DNA from: Okamejei kenojei
Taxonomy: Eukaryota
Reading direction: 5' to 3'
Length of the DNA stretch: 64,000 bases
Assembly: GCA_035221665.1 (NCBI GenBank)
Contig: CM069147.1
Span: 11,036,001-11,100,000, forward strand
Positions 63,176 through 64,000 of this stretch are shown in pieces. Numbering within the stretch: the first letter of the stretch is position 1; every line of letters starts with the position of its first letter. The translations under genes and the position numbers were made by a program. The notes under the pieces are model-generated. The model saw only the letters and a program-made list of their open reading frames with translations, had not been told where the DNA came from and did no database searches.

Positions 63176-63589
63176 AAACCTCTTAAATTGTTTTAAGAAT
63201 GTCTCTTTGCTTTAAATAGATTTAATTTACTTTTTAGTGAGCATCATTAGTTGCTTCACAGTTCTGCTTCCAAGCAGAAACATATTGGAGAGGTTACCAA
63301 ATGTAAGTTTAATTGAGGCAGTGCATGATGCATCCTGCATGGGAATCGAAAGACTTCAAATGTGGAGGTGTGGTAATAATGAAAGAATAAAATAATATGA
63401 AGTTATATCTGTTTAAAACTATGATGCAATAAGAAACGTAGTAGGAAGGATCAAAGCAGAGGTGGATTTTTGTATAGAGGTAAGGGTTTAAAAGGTTTTT
63501 TTCAGGTAGTTTAATCTTTGAAAAAGTAAGATTTTTGTGAATCAATTAATTTTGTGAATCAACCTGATAAGGAATTAGTTTACACTTGC

Positions 63590-63720
63590 ATTTGGATTGA
63601 TATAGATAAGTAGAGGAATATGGGCCAAATGTAGGCAAATAGGACTAGTCCAGAATGCAAACTTGGTCATCATGGACAACGTGGGCTGAAGGGCCTATAT
63701 CTGTGCTGTATAGCTCTGAC
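63590..63720 (+). mobile_element. CR1 3' tail
   Basis: gaggaatatgggccaaatgtaggc...gggctgaagggcctatatctgtgctgta. Confidence 0.7.
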
Positions 63721-64000
63721 TTCAAAGAGAAGGTTCATGGCAGCCTGAAACATAAAGCCCTGTTCAATTATTCACCATTTTCATTTCCATCAAAGTTAAA
63801 AAAAAATGGATCAACTGATTAGCAATTCAAAATTATCATTTCCAAAATTATCAAAATTTAATTTGAGGTTCTTGGAATTTAAAAAAAATATATAATTGCA
63901 GGATTAGAGAGGGGAAGGTATTTCTTCAAAACAACCTGTGGAACTATTTGGTCAGATATTTTCTAACAATACATCTCAAAATCCTGATCTTTGCCTGAGA

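Overview
Eukaryotic (vertebrate) genomic DNA, AT-rich and repeat-dense. The repeat content (HE1/V-SINEs, several CR1 subfamilies, Penelope-like and Rex1/Babar elements) suggests a cartilaginous fish, probably a skate or ray; this is inference. The whole window lies inside one + strand gene, NFATC3. Seven phase-compatible GT-AG coding exons were reconstructed by hand (2415-2577, 22531-22730, 26069-26241, 27227-27367, 34097-34152, 34782-34908, 39852-40598). They encode the Rel-homology/IPT region and most of the C-terminal domain, and probably correspond to human exons 3-9. The 5' exons and the canonical last exon (VNEII...) are not in the window. The introns are filled with decayed retroelements and two non-autonomous DNA transposons. 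Most notable: (1) a family of Penelope terminal repeats carrying a minimal hammerhead-ribozyme motif, including a 135-bp solo insertion with an 11-bp TSD and an intact core; (2) a CpG-rich TIR element with a 6-bp TSD, NRF1-type motifs and an ATG-AAG|GTGAGT donor in phase with the next NFATC3 exon; (3) a perfect 24-bp hairpin and a long inverted repeat in otherwise unique DNA; (4) near-identical inverted CR1 pairs that bracket exons. Most entries in the supplied ORF track are spurious or TE-derived. Repeat boundaries were placed by eye and are approximate unless a TSD is given.
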